Origin: Mobula hypostoma
Taxonomy: Eukaryota
Assembly: GCF_963921235.1 (NCBI RefSeq)
Contig: NC_086110.1
Coordinates: 558,001 to 622,000, forward strand
Direction: 5' to 3'
DNA length: 64,000 nt
Shown: in pieces, positions 26,201 to 39,318 of the stretch
Numbering within the stretch: the first letter of the stretch is position 1
Layout of the letters: each line of letters starts with the position of its first letter
Notes under the pieces: generated by a model
What the model was told of the DNA's origin: nothing
The model's database searches: none
The model's input: only the letters and a program-made list of their open reading frames with translations
Position numbers and translations under genes: made by a program

Positions 26201-26743
26201 TGCGTTAGTCTAGGAGAAGATAGTCGCTGCCCCCGCGAAAGTGGTGAAATCTCGTTTGTGTGGATGTTGAGTGATAGTTTTCCCTGTTAGAAGTCAATAC
26301 TACGAAATAACGAACAGTACACTATATGCAATGAAACTATTGAGCTTTATAATTCTTAATTTGACTGAAGGGCTAGTAAAGAAAACGAAAAGAAAATGGG
26401 CCCATTTTTAGGAAAGAGTCTAATGCGCACGTTGCAGCTCACGATTTTCCCGTCAGTTTGTTCTCCATCGATTTCCCCCAGGCGTCGTCGACTCCCTGTC
26501 CCAGTCCAAGTGTACCCCGTTTGAAGTTTGGTCCTCTCCGTTCTGCCATCTTCTCTCTCCATGTCCTGACGAACAAAATCCCGCAACTTCTTCACTCTCA
26601 GGCACACGAGAAAGAAAAAAAAAACACTTTACTCATTGGACGCCTCACATTTCAAAGCCCCCGTTATCTCCAGTTATAAACCCAAATACTGCGCCACAGA
26701 GAAACCATTACATTAGCAGTGAAACATTTCCCAGGGTGTTGCA
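23290..26743 (-). mobile_element. Old, internally deleted Gypsy LTR retrotransposon
   Basis: Diverged LTRs at about 23290-23827 and 26178-26743; degenerate tRNA-Pro-like PBS TGCGGGGAGTCGTTCCGGGAT; ILDTESQVT protease relic; VLVYLDD RT relic; flanks taga/caga. Confidence 0.8.
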
Positions 26744-26829
26744 CAGAGAATAGACAATTCTGCCGTTGTCAGGCAGGAGTAGAAAGGGTCTATTGGCTCA
26801 GGTTATTTTCTGGCAAATGAATGGGAGGT

Positions 26830-27790
26830 CTTCAGAAATTTTGGGAGTACAATGTTTGCATGTACCTGTCAGAATAAAAGACAAAGCAAACAGGTTTTCT
26901 GACCCTTTGTTATTGAGAGATATCTGAAGCCTGGTTTAAAATAACAGAGAATTACAGAGCATATATTGCAGGGAGACATTGATAGGATGCAGAAGTGTGC
27001 TGAGAAGTGGCAGGTGGAGTTCAACCAAGAGGTGTGTGAGGTGGTACACTTTGGAAGGACAAATTCCACGGCAGAGTACAAAGTAAATGGCAGTATACCC
27101 GGAAGTGTGGAGGAGCAGAGGGACCTGGGGTGCATGTCCACAGATACCTGAAAGTTGCCGCACAGGTAGATAGTGTAGTTAAGAAAGGCTATGGGGTGTT
27201 AGGTTTCATTAGCCGAGGGATAGAGCTTAAGAGTCGCGAGGTAATGATGCAGCTCTATAAAACTTCTCTAGGGCACAGTTGGATTACTATGCCCAGTTAT
27301 TGTTGCCTCACTATAGGAAGGGTTTGGAGGCATTGGAAAGGGTACAGGGGAGATTTACTAGGATGCTGCCTGGTTTAGAGAGTATGCATCATGATCAGAG
27401 ATAAAGGGAGCTAAGGCTTTACTCTTTGGAGCGATGGAGGTTGAGAGGAGACATGGTAGAGGTATACAAGATATTACGAGGAATAGATAAAGTGGAAAGC
27501 CAGCGCCTGTTCGCCAGGGCACAACTGCTCAATACAAGAGGACATGGATTTAAGGTAAGGGGTGGAAAGTGCAAGGGGGTTATTAGAGGAAGCTTTTTTA
27601 CTCAGAGACTGGTTGGTGCGTGGAATGCACTGCCTGAGTCAGTGGTGAAGGCAGCTACATTAGTGAAATTTAAGAGTCTACTAGACAGGTTTATGGAGGA
27701 ATTTACGGTGGGGGTTTATATGGGAGGCAAGGTTTGAAGGTGGGCACAACATCGCGGGCCAAACGGCCTGTACTGTGCTATACTATTCGA
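26830..27790 (+). mobile_element. CR1-type LINE 3' fragment
   Basis: KWQVEFNQEVCEVVHFG, RLRGDMVEVYKI, TRGH motifs. Confidence 0.85.
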
Positions 27791-28599
27791 TTGTATCTAA
27801 TATACAGACAGTAAAGAACAAATGAGGTACTTGACAAGTGTCTGAAATGGAAGAGACACTAAAGACGAAACCATGAAGCCATAGGTTTGCGCTATCAGAG
27901 ATTGTGAAGGGGAATAGCAACATTTCTACAGGGAGTTACAAAATACACATGGACTAACATGTTAACTGTCCTGTGCTATCACCAGTGGGATTATCAGTTG
28001 ATCTGCCACCTGTCTTCAGGAGTTGCGGTCCGCTTACGATCAAGACTCCCTCGAGGAGGTGGACCAGCAGTGCACCACCTCCCACTGGTGAGCTTAAAAA
28101 CTTGGCATCTGCCTCTATCAGAGTTGTTGGTCACTTCCATCCAACAGATAGTCTGCTCTTCAGGTGTCTATGCAACTACTGAAGGGTTTGCAAGATATGT
28201 ATACACTGCCTGACTATCTGCCCCTCTGGACCTACTTGGTCCACACCCATGCTGATCCTTTCTCTGCTGCCTCAGCTACAGTCCTGCTGGTTGACTTGAT
28301 CTCTCTTCTAGTGAAGCCAAGGTCACGCAGCCACTTCTGGAGAGTGAACCAAGTGCAGTGGACCAAATTGGTCGTCATGATACTCACCGTGGTCATTTTT
28401 ACATGGAAGCGAGAGGGATAAGAAAGATCTTACAAAGCGTTGGTATCGTTGCACTCGTCTAGACAACGATGAGCTCAGTAATTGATAAACAAGGAGGAGA
28501 TCTTGAAATGCTGAGCCAAATTGGGTGGATAAAACCACAGGTCTAACAAGGTGTCTACTTTTACCCAGATAAAGATAAGGTGTTTCCGGTCGATAGTGT

Positions 28600-29600
28600 A
28601 GTTAACAAAGCTTAAGTGATGCTTGTTTTTATTAGTCGAAGTATATTTGATGCTACAGCTATTTTAATGAGAGACGCTGAGATGGCAGAGGAACTGAATG
28701 CGTATTTTGTATCAGTCTTCACAGTGAAAGACATCTGCAGTACACCGGATATTCAAGAGTGTCAGGGAAGTGAAGTATGTGCAGTGAAATGTACGACTGA
28801 GAATGTGCTGAGGAAGCTTAAGGGTCTGAGCGTGGATAAGTCTCCTGGACGTGTTAGAATGCACACTTGGGTTCTGTAGGAAGTAGCTGCAGAGACGGCA
28901 GAATCATTAATAATGATTTTTCAAGAATCGATAGATTCTGGCATAATACCGCATGACTGGATATTTCTGAAAGTTACTCCGCTATTTAAGATAGGTGTGT
29001 GGCAGCAGAAAGGAAATTATAGACCTGTTAGTGTTGGGAAGTTGTTGTAATTGATTGTTGGGGATGAGATTACAGAGTAGCTGGAGGCACATTACAAGAT
29101 AGGACAAAGCCAACATGATTTCCTGAAAGGAATTTCATGCCTGACTAACATACTGCAGTGTTTGAGGAAATTACAAGCAGGGTAGACAAAGGAGATGCAG
29201 TAGACGTGGTTTACTTGGATTTTCAGAAGACCTTTGACAAGCTTCCGCACATGAGGCTGTTCAGTAAGATAGAACCCATCGAATTACAGGACAGTTGCTA
29301 GCATGGGTGGAACATAGGCTGATCGACAGAGAGTGGGAATAATGTGATCTTGTTTTGGCTGTTCCCGGTTTCCAGTGGATTTCCACAGGGGTCGGTGGTG
29401 GGAACGCTGCTTTTCACGATGTATTGCAATTATGTGGACTATGGGTTTATTGGATTTGTGGCTAAATTTGCCGATGATACAAAGATTGGTGGAGGAGCAG
29501 GTAGTGTTGAGGAAACAGGGAGCCTGCAAAGAGACTTAGATAGTTTGGAGGAAAGGGCAAAAAAGTGGCAAATGAAATACAATGGATGGGGAACTAATAC
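28600..29600 (+). mobile_element. CR1-type LINE RT fragment
   Basis: GFPQGSVVG and FADDTK motifs. Confidence 0.8.
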
Positions 29601-29649
29601 AAAGGGACTTGGAGTCCTTGTGCCCAATGTTTTGCTTCGGGACTTTATC

Positions 29650-29835
29650 CTTTTTTTGCTATTTTGAAACTGTAAAATATGGAGATCAAAAAAAAAAAAT
29701 TCTTGCTTAAAATATTAAAGAAATGCGTCATTTTTAACGTTATGCCTTTTGGAAATCAGTTCATCTTTTACTCGCTTACCTATTCACAGTAACAGGAATT
29801 TTGACATTGGATGCCCAAACTTTTGCATGTCACTG
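29650..29835 (+). mobile_element. Tc1 terminal inverted repeat fragment
   Basis: ends ttttgcatgtcactg|ta; matches the TIRs at 51111 and 56890. Confidence 0.7.
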
Positions 29836-29879
29836 TATATTACCTTTGGCTGGAATGTTCCAAGGCATCTTTCGTAACG

Positions 29880-30400
29880 CTACTGTCGCAGGATGGGGAC
29901 CACTTCAAAAGGGCGATGATCTAAAGAGCGCCCAAGAATGGCAGCGTCAGTTGGCTCAACGACTATCTCCCAGTTGCACACAAACCTAACCGGCCGAAGT
30001 ACTATGAGAGTTTCATTATGGCCTGAAGCAATTCTTTCCTTAGCATGGAGAACGACCTGCTGAAATTTGCCAATTGCCACAATGTGCCTACAATTAATCT
30101 ATTATCACTGGTTTGGCCTTGGATCATCTGAACATTAGCAATACCTCCGTTAGCTTGCTGTTTATTGATTACTCCTCAGAATACAACATCATATTCTCAG
30201 TACTAGTCAACAAGTTCTAACACCTGGACCACTGCATGTCCTTCTGCAAGTAGACTCTTCACTTACTCATCAGATTACCGCATTCGGTGCAGATCGAAAA
30301 TACTTATCATTGACTGTTAACACTGGCACACATCAAGGATCCGTGTATAGCCCACTGCTGTACTGTACGTTCTACAATTATGTCCGTGGGACTAAGCACA
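29880..30400 (+). mobile_element. Rex1/Babar- or L2-like RT fragment
   Basis: Degenerate match to the LLFIDYSSAFNTI and QGCVLSPLL region. Confidence 0.45.
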
Positions 30401-30956
30401 GCTATTGTTAGATGGTGAAGAGGAGGTGTACAGTAGTGAGATAGATCAATTTCTTCAGTGGTGTAGCTCCATGAAATGCAATGAGCTCCGTGATTTTCTT
30501 ATTACTTATTCTGAATGAACACTGAACAGAATAGGAAATATGTGTACAGAGCCAGTGTTATGTTCTGCGTCTCATATATGATTTCCAGCAGACTACCAGC
30601 CTCCCCAGTGGCCACGTCTGCACCGGTTGCATCGAGATACAACTCCTTAGCGACCGTGTTAGGGCACTGGAACTGCAGCTCCATGACCTTCGGCTTGTTA
30701 GGGAAAGTGAAGCGGTGATAAATAGGATCTAGAGGGAAGTAGACTCTCCAAGGCTACATGAGACAGATAAATGGGTGACGGTCAGGAATGGGAAGGGAGA
30801 CCGTCAGATAGTGGAGAACACTGCCGTGGCCGTCCCTCTCAGCAATAAGCACTGGATATGGAGTACTGTTGGAGCGGGGAAGCAACAGCTGCAGTGACTC
30901 TGGTACAGATTCTGGCCCCGTAAGTCAAACGTTTATGGAAGTGGAAAGAGTTGTAA

Positions 30957-31144
30957 TGTAGCGATGTGCTACACACAGCGCTAGAATAACCACACGGAGT
31001 CGATGAGTTGGAGTTGCGATGAAAGAGGTTTATTCAAACTTCGCGGCCCGCTTTAAAGCCTTCCCTTTCCCGCCCTTTTTGCTGCCGGGCTGTGCGCGCT
31101 GTTTCGTGAGCCGGTTCGTGGGTGTCAGAAAGTGGGTCGCCACA
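30957..31144 (-). repeat. 3' LTR of the CsRn1-like element
   Basis: 188 bp, TGTAGC...GCCACA; closely similar to 34951-35146. Confidence 0.95.
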
Positions 31145-31352
31145 TAACCCCCCCCCCCCCAGAACCGCCGATACCTCCCCCAATGTCCACAGTCTGGATC
31201 GGCCTCTGTTTGGGAGGTCTGCCCCTGCGCCGCGGTGCCTGAGCCTGGACCGGTTGCGCCAAGTCCACATGGGCCGGTTTGAGTCGGTCCACCGTGAAAA
31301 CCTCCTCTCTCCCCCCCAATGTCCAGCACGAACATGGACCCGTTGTTCATGA

Positions 31353-34299
31353 TCACCTTAAACGGCCCCTCGTAGGGCCGCTGTGGCGGTGCCCGGTGTC
31401 CGCCCCGTCGTACAAAAAGAAACTTACAGTTCTGCAGGTCTTTGGGTACGCAGGTCGGGCTCTGTCCGTGCTGTGAAGTGGGTATGGGGGCCAGGTTACC
31501 GAGCCTCTCCCGTAGTCTGTCCAGGACTGCTGTGGGTTCTTCCTCTTGCCCCTTGGGGCTGGCATGAACTCTCCTGGGACGACCAGGGGCGCGCCGTACA
31601 CCAACTCGGCCGACGAGGTGTGTAGATCCTCTTTGGGCGCCGTGCGGATTTCGAGCAGGACCCAGGGAAGTTCGTCCACCCAGTTAGGCCCCTCCAGGCG
31701 GGCCATGAGAGCCGATGTCAGGTGACGGTGGAAGCGCTCCACTAGTCCGTTCGACTGTGGGTGGTAGGCAGTTGTGTGGTGTAGCTGTGTTCCTAAAAGT
31801 CTGGCCATAGCCGACCACAGGCTGGAGGTCAACTGGGCGCCCCTGTCGGAGGTAATGTGGGCCGGTACCCCAAAGCGTGCTACCCAGGTTGCGATCAGTG
31901 CTCGGGCGCAGGATTCGGAGGTGGTGTCGCTGAGCGGGACTGCCTCTGGCCATCTGGTGAACCGGTCTATCATAGTTAGGAGGTACCGCACTTCTCGTGA
32001 CACTGGCAGGGGCCGCACGATATCCACATGGATGTGGTCGAACCTCCGGCGGGTGGGTTCGAACCGCTGCGGCGGAGCCTTGGTGTGCCGCTGCACCTTG
32101 GCCGTTTGGCACTGCATACACGTTTTGGCCCATTCACTGACCTGTTTACGAAGTCCATGCCACACGAACCTGTTGGAGACCAGCCGGACAGTTGTCCTGA
32201 TGGAAGGGTGTGCTAAGTTGTGAATGGATTCGAACACCCGCCGGCGCCAGGCTGCTGGGACGACGGGGCGGGGTTGGCCATTAGCTACGTCACATAGTAG
32301 GGTCCTCTCACCTGGGCCTACGGGGAGGGCTTAGAGCTGCAAACCGGAGACTGCAGTCCTGTAACTGGGGATCTCAGCGTCTGCCTGCTGTGCCTCTGCC
32401 AGCGCTGCATAGTCCACCCCCTGGGACAGGGCTTGTATGGTAGGTCTGGAAAGTGCGTCTGCCACGACATTGTTCTTTCCAGAGACATGCCGGATGTCCG
32501 TCGTGTACTCGGAGATGTAGGACAGATGTCGCTGCTGGCGGGACGACCGGGGGTCGGACACCTTAGTGAACGCAAAGGTAAGCGGTTTGTGGTCGTTGAA
32601 CGCGGTGAAGGGCCTACCTTCTAAGAAGTACCTGAAATGCCGGATTGCCAGGTACAGTGCCAATAGCTTCCGGTCGAAAGTACTGTATTTGAGTTCGGTG
32701 GTCGTAGGTGTTTGCTGAAAAACGCGAGGGGTTGCCAGCGACCCTCGATGAGTTGTTCCAGCACTCCACCGACTGCTGTGTTGGATGCGTCCACCGTGAG
32801 GGCAGTAGGAACGTCCATTCTGGGATGCACTAGCATCGCGGCGTTCGCCAAGGCTTCTTTGGTTTTAACGAAAGCGGTTGCGGCTTCTTCGTTCCAGGTA
32901 ATGTCCTTGCCCTTACCCAACATTAGAGTGAACAAGGGGCGCATGGTTCGGGCTGCTGAGGGGAGGAAACGGTGGTAGAAATTCACCATACCCACGAATT
33001 CCTGCAAGCCTTTGATTGTGTTAGGTCGGGGGAAGTGGCGGACCGCGTCTACCTTGGCGGGCAGCGGGGTCGCCCCGTCTTTAGTAATCCTGTGGCCCAG
33101 GAAGTCGATGGTGTCGAGTCCGAACTGGCATTTGGCTGGATTGATTGTAAGGCCGAATTCACTCAGGCGGGAGTAGAGCTGGCGGAGGTGGGACAGATGC
33201 TCCTGCCGACTACTGCTGGCTATGAGGATGTCGTCCAAATAGATGAATGCAAAGTCCAGGTCGCGTCCCACCGCGTCCATTAGCCGCTGGAAAGTCTGTG
33301 CGGCGTTCTTTAGACCAAACGGCATTCGGAGGAATTCGAAAAGTCCGAACGGGGTGATAAGTGCTGTTTTGGGGATGTCGTCCGGATGTACAGGGATTTG
33401 ATGGTATCCCCGGACGAGGTCTACCTTGGAAAAGATCCTTGCGCCGTGTAGGTTTGCTGCGAAGTCTTGAATGTGCGGCACAGGGTAGCGGTCTGGCGTT
33501 GTAGCCTCGTTCAGTCTACGGTAGTCACCGCATGGTCTCCAGCCCCCCGTTGCCTTGGGCACCATGTGAAGGGGGGAGGCCCATGGGCTGTCGGACCGTC
33601 GTATGATCCCTAATTCCTCCATCTTCTTGAACTCCTCCTTCGCCAGTCGGAGCTTGTCCGGGGGAAGCCTTCGAGCACGGGCGTGGAGGGGTGGTCCCTG
33701 GGTCGGGATGTGGTGCTGTACTCCGTGTCTGGGCATGGCTGCCGTGAACTGCGGTGTCAGTACTGATGGGAAATCCGCCAGGACCCTGGTGAATTCATCG
33801 TCGGACAGCGTGATGGAGTCCAGGTGTGGGGCTGGCACTGTGCTTCACCCAGGGAGAACGTTTGAAAAGTCTTGGCGTGGACTAATCACTTCCCTTGCAA
33901 GTCGACCAGCAGGCTGTGGGCTCGTAGAAAATCTGCCCCCAGCAGTGGTTGGGCCACGGTGGCCAGTGTGAAGTCCCACGTGAACCGGCTGGAGCTGAAC
34001 TGTAGCCGCACCGTGCGGGTGCCGTAGGTTCGTATTGTGCTGCCATTAGCGGCCCTCAGGGTGGGTCCCGGTTCTCTGTTGCGGGTGTCGTAACTCGTTG
34101 GAGGTAAGACGCTGATCTCCGCACCGGTGTCGACCAAAAGCGGCGTCCCGACTGCTTGTCCCAGACGTACAGGAGGCTGTCCTGATGGCCAGCCGCCGTA
34201 GCGATCGGCAGCGGCTGGGCCTTGGCGTTTCCCGGGAATTTGCAGGGCGGTCTGCAGCGGTGGGCCTCCGTGCCCCACCGCTGGTGGTAGAAACACCAT
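31353..34299 (-). pseudogene. pol: Gypsy pol split over several frames (protease, RT, RNase H, integrase)
   Basis: LLVDTGAEISV protease; MPFGLKNA and YLDD RT; DASN and DHKPL RNase H; HNLAH..CMQC and D,D35E integrase (VDIV, SDRG, VERF). Confidence 0.92.
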
Positions 34300-34910
34300 T
34301 GTACGTTGGGCTCCTCACTCCCGTCGCCGGGTTTTGTAGGCTCTGCTGCCGGGCCTGGTCTGGTCTTTCGTTGGGCACGCGGCTTGGTGATCTGTGTGAC
34401 GGATGCCCCTCTCTCTTTCCTGGCAATCCACAGCACATCTGCTCGGGCCGCCACCTCCCGGGGTTTGCTGAAATCTGCGTTGGACAGCAGCAGGCATACT
34501 TCCTCGGGCAGTTGCTCTAGGAACGCCTGCTCAAACATGAGGCAGGGTTTGTGTCCTTCAGCCAGGGCCAGCATCTCGTTCATTAATGCTGACGGCGGCC
34601 TGTCTCCCAAACCATCCAGGTGCATTAAGCGGCGTGCTCGTTCGCGCCGTGAAAGTCCGAAAGTCCTTATGAGCAGGGTTTTGAATGTTGTGTATTTGCC
34701 GTCCTCCGGGGGCGACTGTATAAACTCCTCAACTTGTGCAGCAGTCTCCTGGTCGAGGGAGCTCAGCACGTAGTAGTAGCGAGTGGATTCCGAGGTTATC
34801 TGCCGAATGTGGAATTGTGCTTCTGCTTGTTCGAACCATAAATGGCTTCGCAGCGTCCAGAAGCTTGGCAGTTTTAACGAAACTGCGTGAACAGATGCAG
34901 CGTCGGTCAT
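34056..34910 (-). pseudogene. gag: Gypsy gag with CHCC knuckle
   Basis: MTDAASVHAVSLKLPSFW...WFEQAEAQF; C-x2-H-x9-C-x3-C motif (CFYHQRWGTEAHRCRPPC). Confidence 0.85.
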
Positions 34911-34950
34911 CTCTGGTCCAAATACCGTTTGGGCCGTCGGGGTCACCAAT

Positions 34951-35146
34951 TGTAGCGATGTGCTACACACAGCGCTAGAATAACCACACGGAGTCGGTGA
35001 GTTGGAGTTGCAATGAAAGAGGTTTATTCAAACTTCGCGGCCCGCTTTTAAAGCCTTCCCGTTCCCGCCCTTTTTGCCGCCGGCCCTCTGCCTGCGCGCG
35101 CTTTTTCGTGAGCCGGTTCGTGGGTGTCAGAAAGTGGGTCGCCACA
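34951..35146 (-). repeat. 5' LTR of the CsRn1-like element
   Basis: 196 bp; followed on minus by AT and a tRNA-Trp-type PBS. Confidence 0.95.
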
Positions 35147-37367
35147 GTAACAGTAATAGGAGAGTCTATAGTCAGGAAGGCAAATAGGCGATTCTGTGGA
35201 GGCGAAAATGAAACACAGATTGCCTCCCAGACAGTAGGGTCCGCAATGTTTTTCCACAGGTCCAAAATATCCTGATAAGGGAAGGCGAACAGCCTGAAGT
35301 CCTTGTACGCGTTGCTACCAACGACGTAGGTAGAAAAAGAGATGAATTGCTGAGAAGCAGGACATCAAATGTCGTAATCTCGGGATTGCTGCCTGTACCA
35401 CGCGACTGTGAGGGTAGGAATAGAATGAAGTGGCCTATAAACGAGTGGCTGAATTATTGGAGCAGGCGATTCAGCTTTCTGGAGAACTGTCACCTCCTCT
35501 AGGAAACGTGGCATCATACAAAAGGGATGGTTTGCACTTGATCCGACGGGGAACAATATCCTACGTGCAGGTTTACTAGCTGTTGGGAGTGGTTTAACTT
35601 AATTAGTCATGAGGATGGGAGCGGATATCATAAAGCCATGGATCACCCAACATGTTTAGAAGCAGACGACGGACAGAACATGGATGCAAGGAAGGACAGG
35701 CCAATGATTGGGTAAAAACTGCAGACGGAGCAAAGAGTTAAATTGTACCACAGAGGGAAAATTCAAAAGGATTAAGAATGCAGGACTGAAGCTCCTGTGT
35801 TTAAATGTGCGTACCATTTGGAATAATGTGGACGAACCTGTGGCGCACTTGATGATTGGTCTGTACAACGTTGTAGGCATCACTGCGACATGGCTGAATG
35901 AAACCCCGAGTTGGGAGCTGAACATCAGAGGATATAATTTACATCGACAAGACAGTCAGGAAGTCATAAGCGGTCGGTGATGTCTGTTGATAAGAGATGG
36001 GATTACATCTTCAGAAAGAGGTGACATCGCATCAGAGACTGATGAATCTTTGTGGTCGGAGTCAAGAGACTGTAAAGGTTAAAACAAAAACATATGGGAA
36101 TCTTATATCGGGCCTCAAATAGTGGATAATATGTGGAGTCGAGATTGCGAAGAGAGATTGAAAAGGTGTGTAATAAGGGGATGACACATTTGTAATAAGA
36201 GACTTCAATATGCAAGGAATTAGGAAAATCATGTTGAACCCAGAACGCAAGAAAGAGAAAATAATGAAAATTTTAAGCCTGCTAGCCTAACCGCAGTTGT
36301 TGGGAAATGTTTAGAGTGTGTTATTAAGTATGACGTTTTAAGATACTTAGAGACTAATGATAAAATACGTCAAAGTTGGTGTGGTTTCTGTCAAGGGGAA
36401 TCTTACCTGACCAATCTGTAATAGTCCTTCAAGGATATAACAAAGCAGGGTGGCGAAAGGAGAGGCAGTGAATGACATTTACTGGGATTTTTAGAAGGCA
36501 TTTGATAAATTGCCACACTTGATACTACGTAACAAGATCCTATGGCGTTACAGGAATGATACTGACATTGGTGGAGGAGTAGCTGAGAGATAGTGGGCAG
36601 GAGTAGAAATAAAAGGGTTTCTTCTGGTTTTCCTTAAGGGTCAGTATTGGGACCACTGCTTCTCACAATATTTATCAGTGATCTAGATAATAGAATTGAT
36701 GGTCTTGTGGCGGGTTTCGAATGATACGAAGATCCATGGAGGGTTAGGTAGTGCTGACGAAGCAATGCGGATGCAGCAAGACTTAGACAAATTAGAAGAA
36801 TGGGCAAACATGGCAGATGGAATATATTGTTGAGAAATGCATGATAATGCATTTTGGTAAAATAAACAATAATGAGGACTATTATCTAAATAGGGAGAAG
36901 GTTTACACATCGGAGGGGCGGAAGGACTTAGAAGATTTCGTGCAAGACTCCCAGAAGGTAAATTTACAGGTAGAGTCCGTGGGAAAGATGATAGTTGCAA
37001 TGTTGACATTTATATCAAGGGAAAACGAATATAAAAGCCAGAAGATAACTCTGAACCTTTGTAAAACATTTGTCAGGTTGCCGGGAATATTGGCTGCAGT
37101 TTTGGCCCCATATCTCGGTAAGAATATGTTGTCATTGGAAAGAGTCCAGAGGATGATTCCAGGAATTAAGAGAGTTAAATATCAGGAGCGTTTGGCAGCT
37201 GGGGCCTGTACTTAGAGGAATGGAAAAGAATGAGTTGGGATCACATTGATACCTACCGAATGGTGAAAGGACGAGGTATGGTGATTATGGAGATAATGTT
37301 TCCCAAGGTGGGGGAAATACAGAGCTAGAGGGCACAGCCTCAAAACTGAGTGGTGAAATTTTAGAGC

Positions 37368-39318
37368 TATCACACTGTGCTGCTGGGAATGGACCCAAAT
37401 GCAAGACACAGACACTGAATTACAAGGAAAAGGACTTGTCTAGAGTAGGGACATGACAGGTTTCAGACCAGGAGCAGGCACAAGAATGCAGACTTGGGCT
37501 AGAGAAAGCTGGACCAGGAGAAGGAACCATGGTCTAGGCGACAAGGCTTGGACTCCGAGGACGAGAATGGACAAGGACCCAGAACCTGAGTCTTGCCTCG
37601 GACTGCTCGGACGTCAGATCCAGGCAAGGACATGACATTGCCCTGGGATCCTCGCGGCTGCGGCTCTTGGACCTTGGCCGCGAGATCCTCGAGGCTGCGG
37701 CTCTTGGAGCTTGGCCGCGAGATCCTCGAGGCTGGGGCTCTTGGAGCTTGGCCGCGGGATCCTCGAGGCTGGGGCTCTTGGAGCTTGGCCGCGGGATCCT
37801 CGAGGCTGGGGCTCTTGGAGCTTGGCCGCGGGATCCTCGAGGCTGGGGCTCTTGGAGCTTGGCCGCGGGATCCTCGAGGCTGGGGCTCTTGGAGCTTGGC
37901 CGCGGGATCCTCGAGGCTGGGGCTCTTGGAGCTTGGCCGCGGGATCCTCGCGGCTGGGGCTCTTGGAGCTTGGCCGCGGGATCCTAGAGGCTGGGGCTCT
38001 TGGAGCTTGGCCGCGGGATCCTCCAGCCTGCGGCTCTTGGAGCTTGGCCGCGGGATCCTCCAGCCTGCGGCTCTTGGAGCTTGGCCGCGGGATCCTCCAG
38101 CCTGCGGCTCTTGGAGCTTGGCCGCGGGATCCTCGAGGCTGGGGCGCTTGGAGCTTGGCCGCGGAATCCTCGAGGCTGGGGCTCTTGGAGCTTGGCCGCA
38201 GAATCCTCGAGGCTGGGGCTCTTGGAGCTTGGCCGCGGTATCCTCGAGGCTGGGGCTCTTGGAGCTTATCCGTGGGATCCTCGAGGCTGGGGTTCTTGGA
38301 GCTTGGCCGAGGGATCCTCGATCCTGCGGCTCTTGGAGCTTGCCCGCGAGATCCTCGAGGCTGCGGCTCTTGGAGCTTAGCCGCGAGATCCTCGAGGCTG
38401 GGTTCCTGGAGCTTGGCCGCGAGTTCCTCCAGGTTGGGGCTCTAGGAGCTTGGCCGCGGGATCCTCGAGGCTGGGGCTCTTGGAGCTTGGCTGCGGGATT
38501 CTCGAGTCCGGGGTGCTTGGAGCTTGGCTGCCGGATCGTCGAGGCCTGGGTTCTCAGAGCTCAGACACAGACTGGGAACTAAACATCAGCCTAGAGTCGG
38601 GGCTTATCCTTCGACAAGGCGGGACTCATCTTTAACACGACACTAACATGAGACAGGATAGAACGTAGACATAGAGCCGGGACTTATCCTAAGACAAGCC
38701 GGGAGTCAACTACTCCACAGCAGGGTGTGACAGGTCCATCTTTTGGGTAATGTCAGGACAGCCAGACTTACCCAACAGAGGCAAAGACAAGACAGGTCAC
38801 CCCGCAGGGCAACGGCAAGACGTCCTGACTTACCCCACGGAGGAGAGCACAAGAAAAGACGAACACCAAAGAACAACTGACGGTTCCATCTCTGCTCTGG
38901 GGTAGCTCCGAGTCTCAGTTTAGCCAGCAACCTCAGCTGGCTACAGAAACAGCCGGATCCCTCCCTAGCTCGGAGTGGCTGGCAGCCACTCAGCTAACCC
39001 GGGAACCAGCCGAATCTATACCGCAAAGACAGCTCCACCATTAGGCAACAAGGCTCCATGAAGCAGTTGTGCTCCAACCAGGCCTAGAGATCACAAATGG
39101 TTTCACTAGCCTTCCATCAGCAGGTTGTTCTCAGGGGGATTGACAAGACAAACCAGCAGCCCACACGCAATCCCAAGGCTGATTATGTTGCCAGCCCAAA
39201 GATGGGAATCAGGTGCCTTTGATTTAGTCAAACAAGGGACAGCTGGAAGACCCGGAGTCCTGAGTCCACGGACCAGACCATGAACGGGAATGCGGACTTC
39301 ACGGACCGGACCATGACA
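37368..39318. mobile_element. Solo LTR-like insertion of 1.95 kb interrupting a CR1
   Basis: TATCA...TGACA termini; flanks AGAGC/AGAAC; the CR1 3' region resumes exactly after it. Confidence 0.6.
37645..38560. repeat. 37-bp GC-rich minisatellite, about 25 units
   Basis: Unit GGCTCTTGGAGCTTGGCCGCGGGATCCTCGAGGCTGG; homogeneous centre and degenerate edges. Confidence 0.95.

Larger units (their letters stand above)
30957..35146 (-). mobile_element. Gypsy LTR retrotransposon, CsRn1-like lineage, near full length but frameshifted
   Basis: TG..CA LTRs at 30957-31144 and 34951-35146; GTAA target-site duplication on both sides; PBS TGGTGACCCCGACG; poly-G PPT; gag-PR-RT-RH-IN order. Confidence 0.95.

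Noticed and set aside
37655-38500. Synthetic polylinker or vector contamination (SacII/BamHI/XhoI sites)
   Set aside because: Units decay gradually at both edges and the array is embedded in an LTR-like element inside a CR1, as expected for a natural minisatellite.
37645-38560. CRISPR array
   Set aside because: Head-to-tail repeats without unique spacers, no cas genes, eukaryotic context.
37593-38582. 329-aa plus-strand ORF as a real repeat protein gene
   Set aside because: Fully explained by a stop-free 37-bp tandem unit; overlapping ORFs exist in all three frames; no splice or promoter context.
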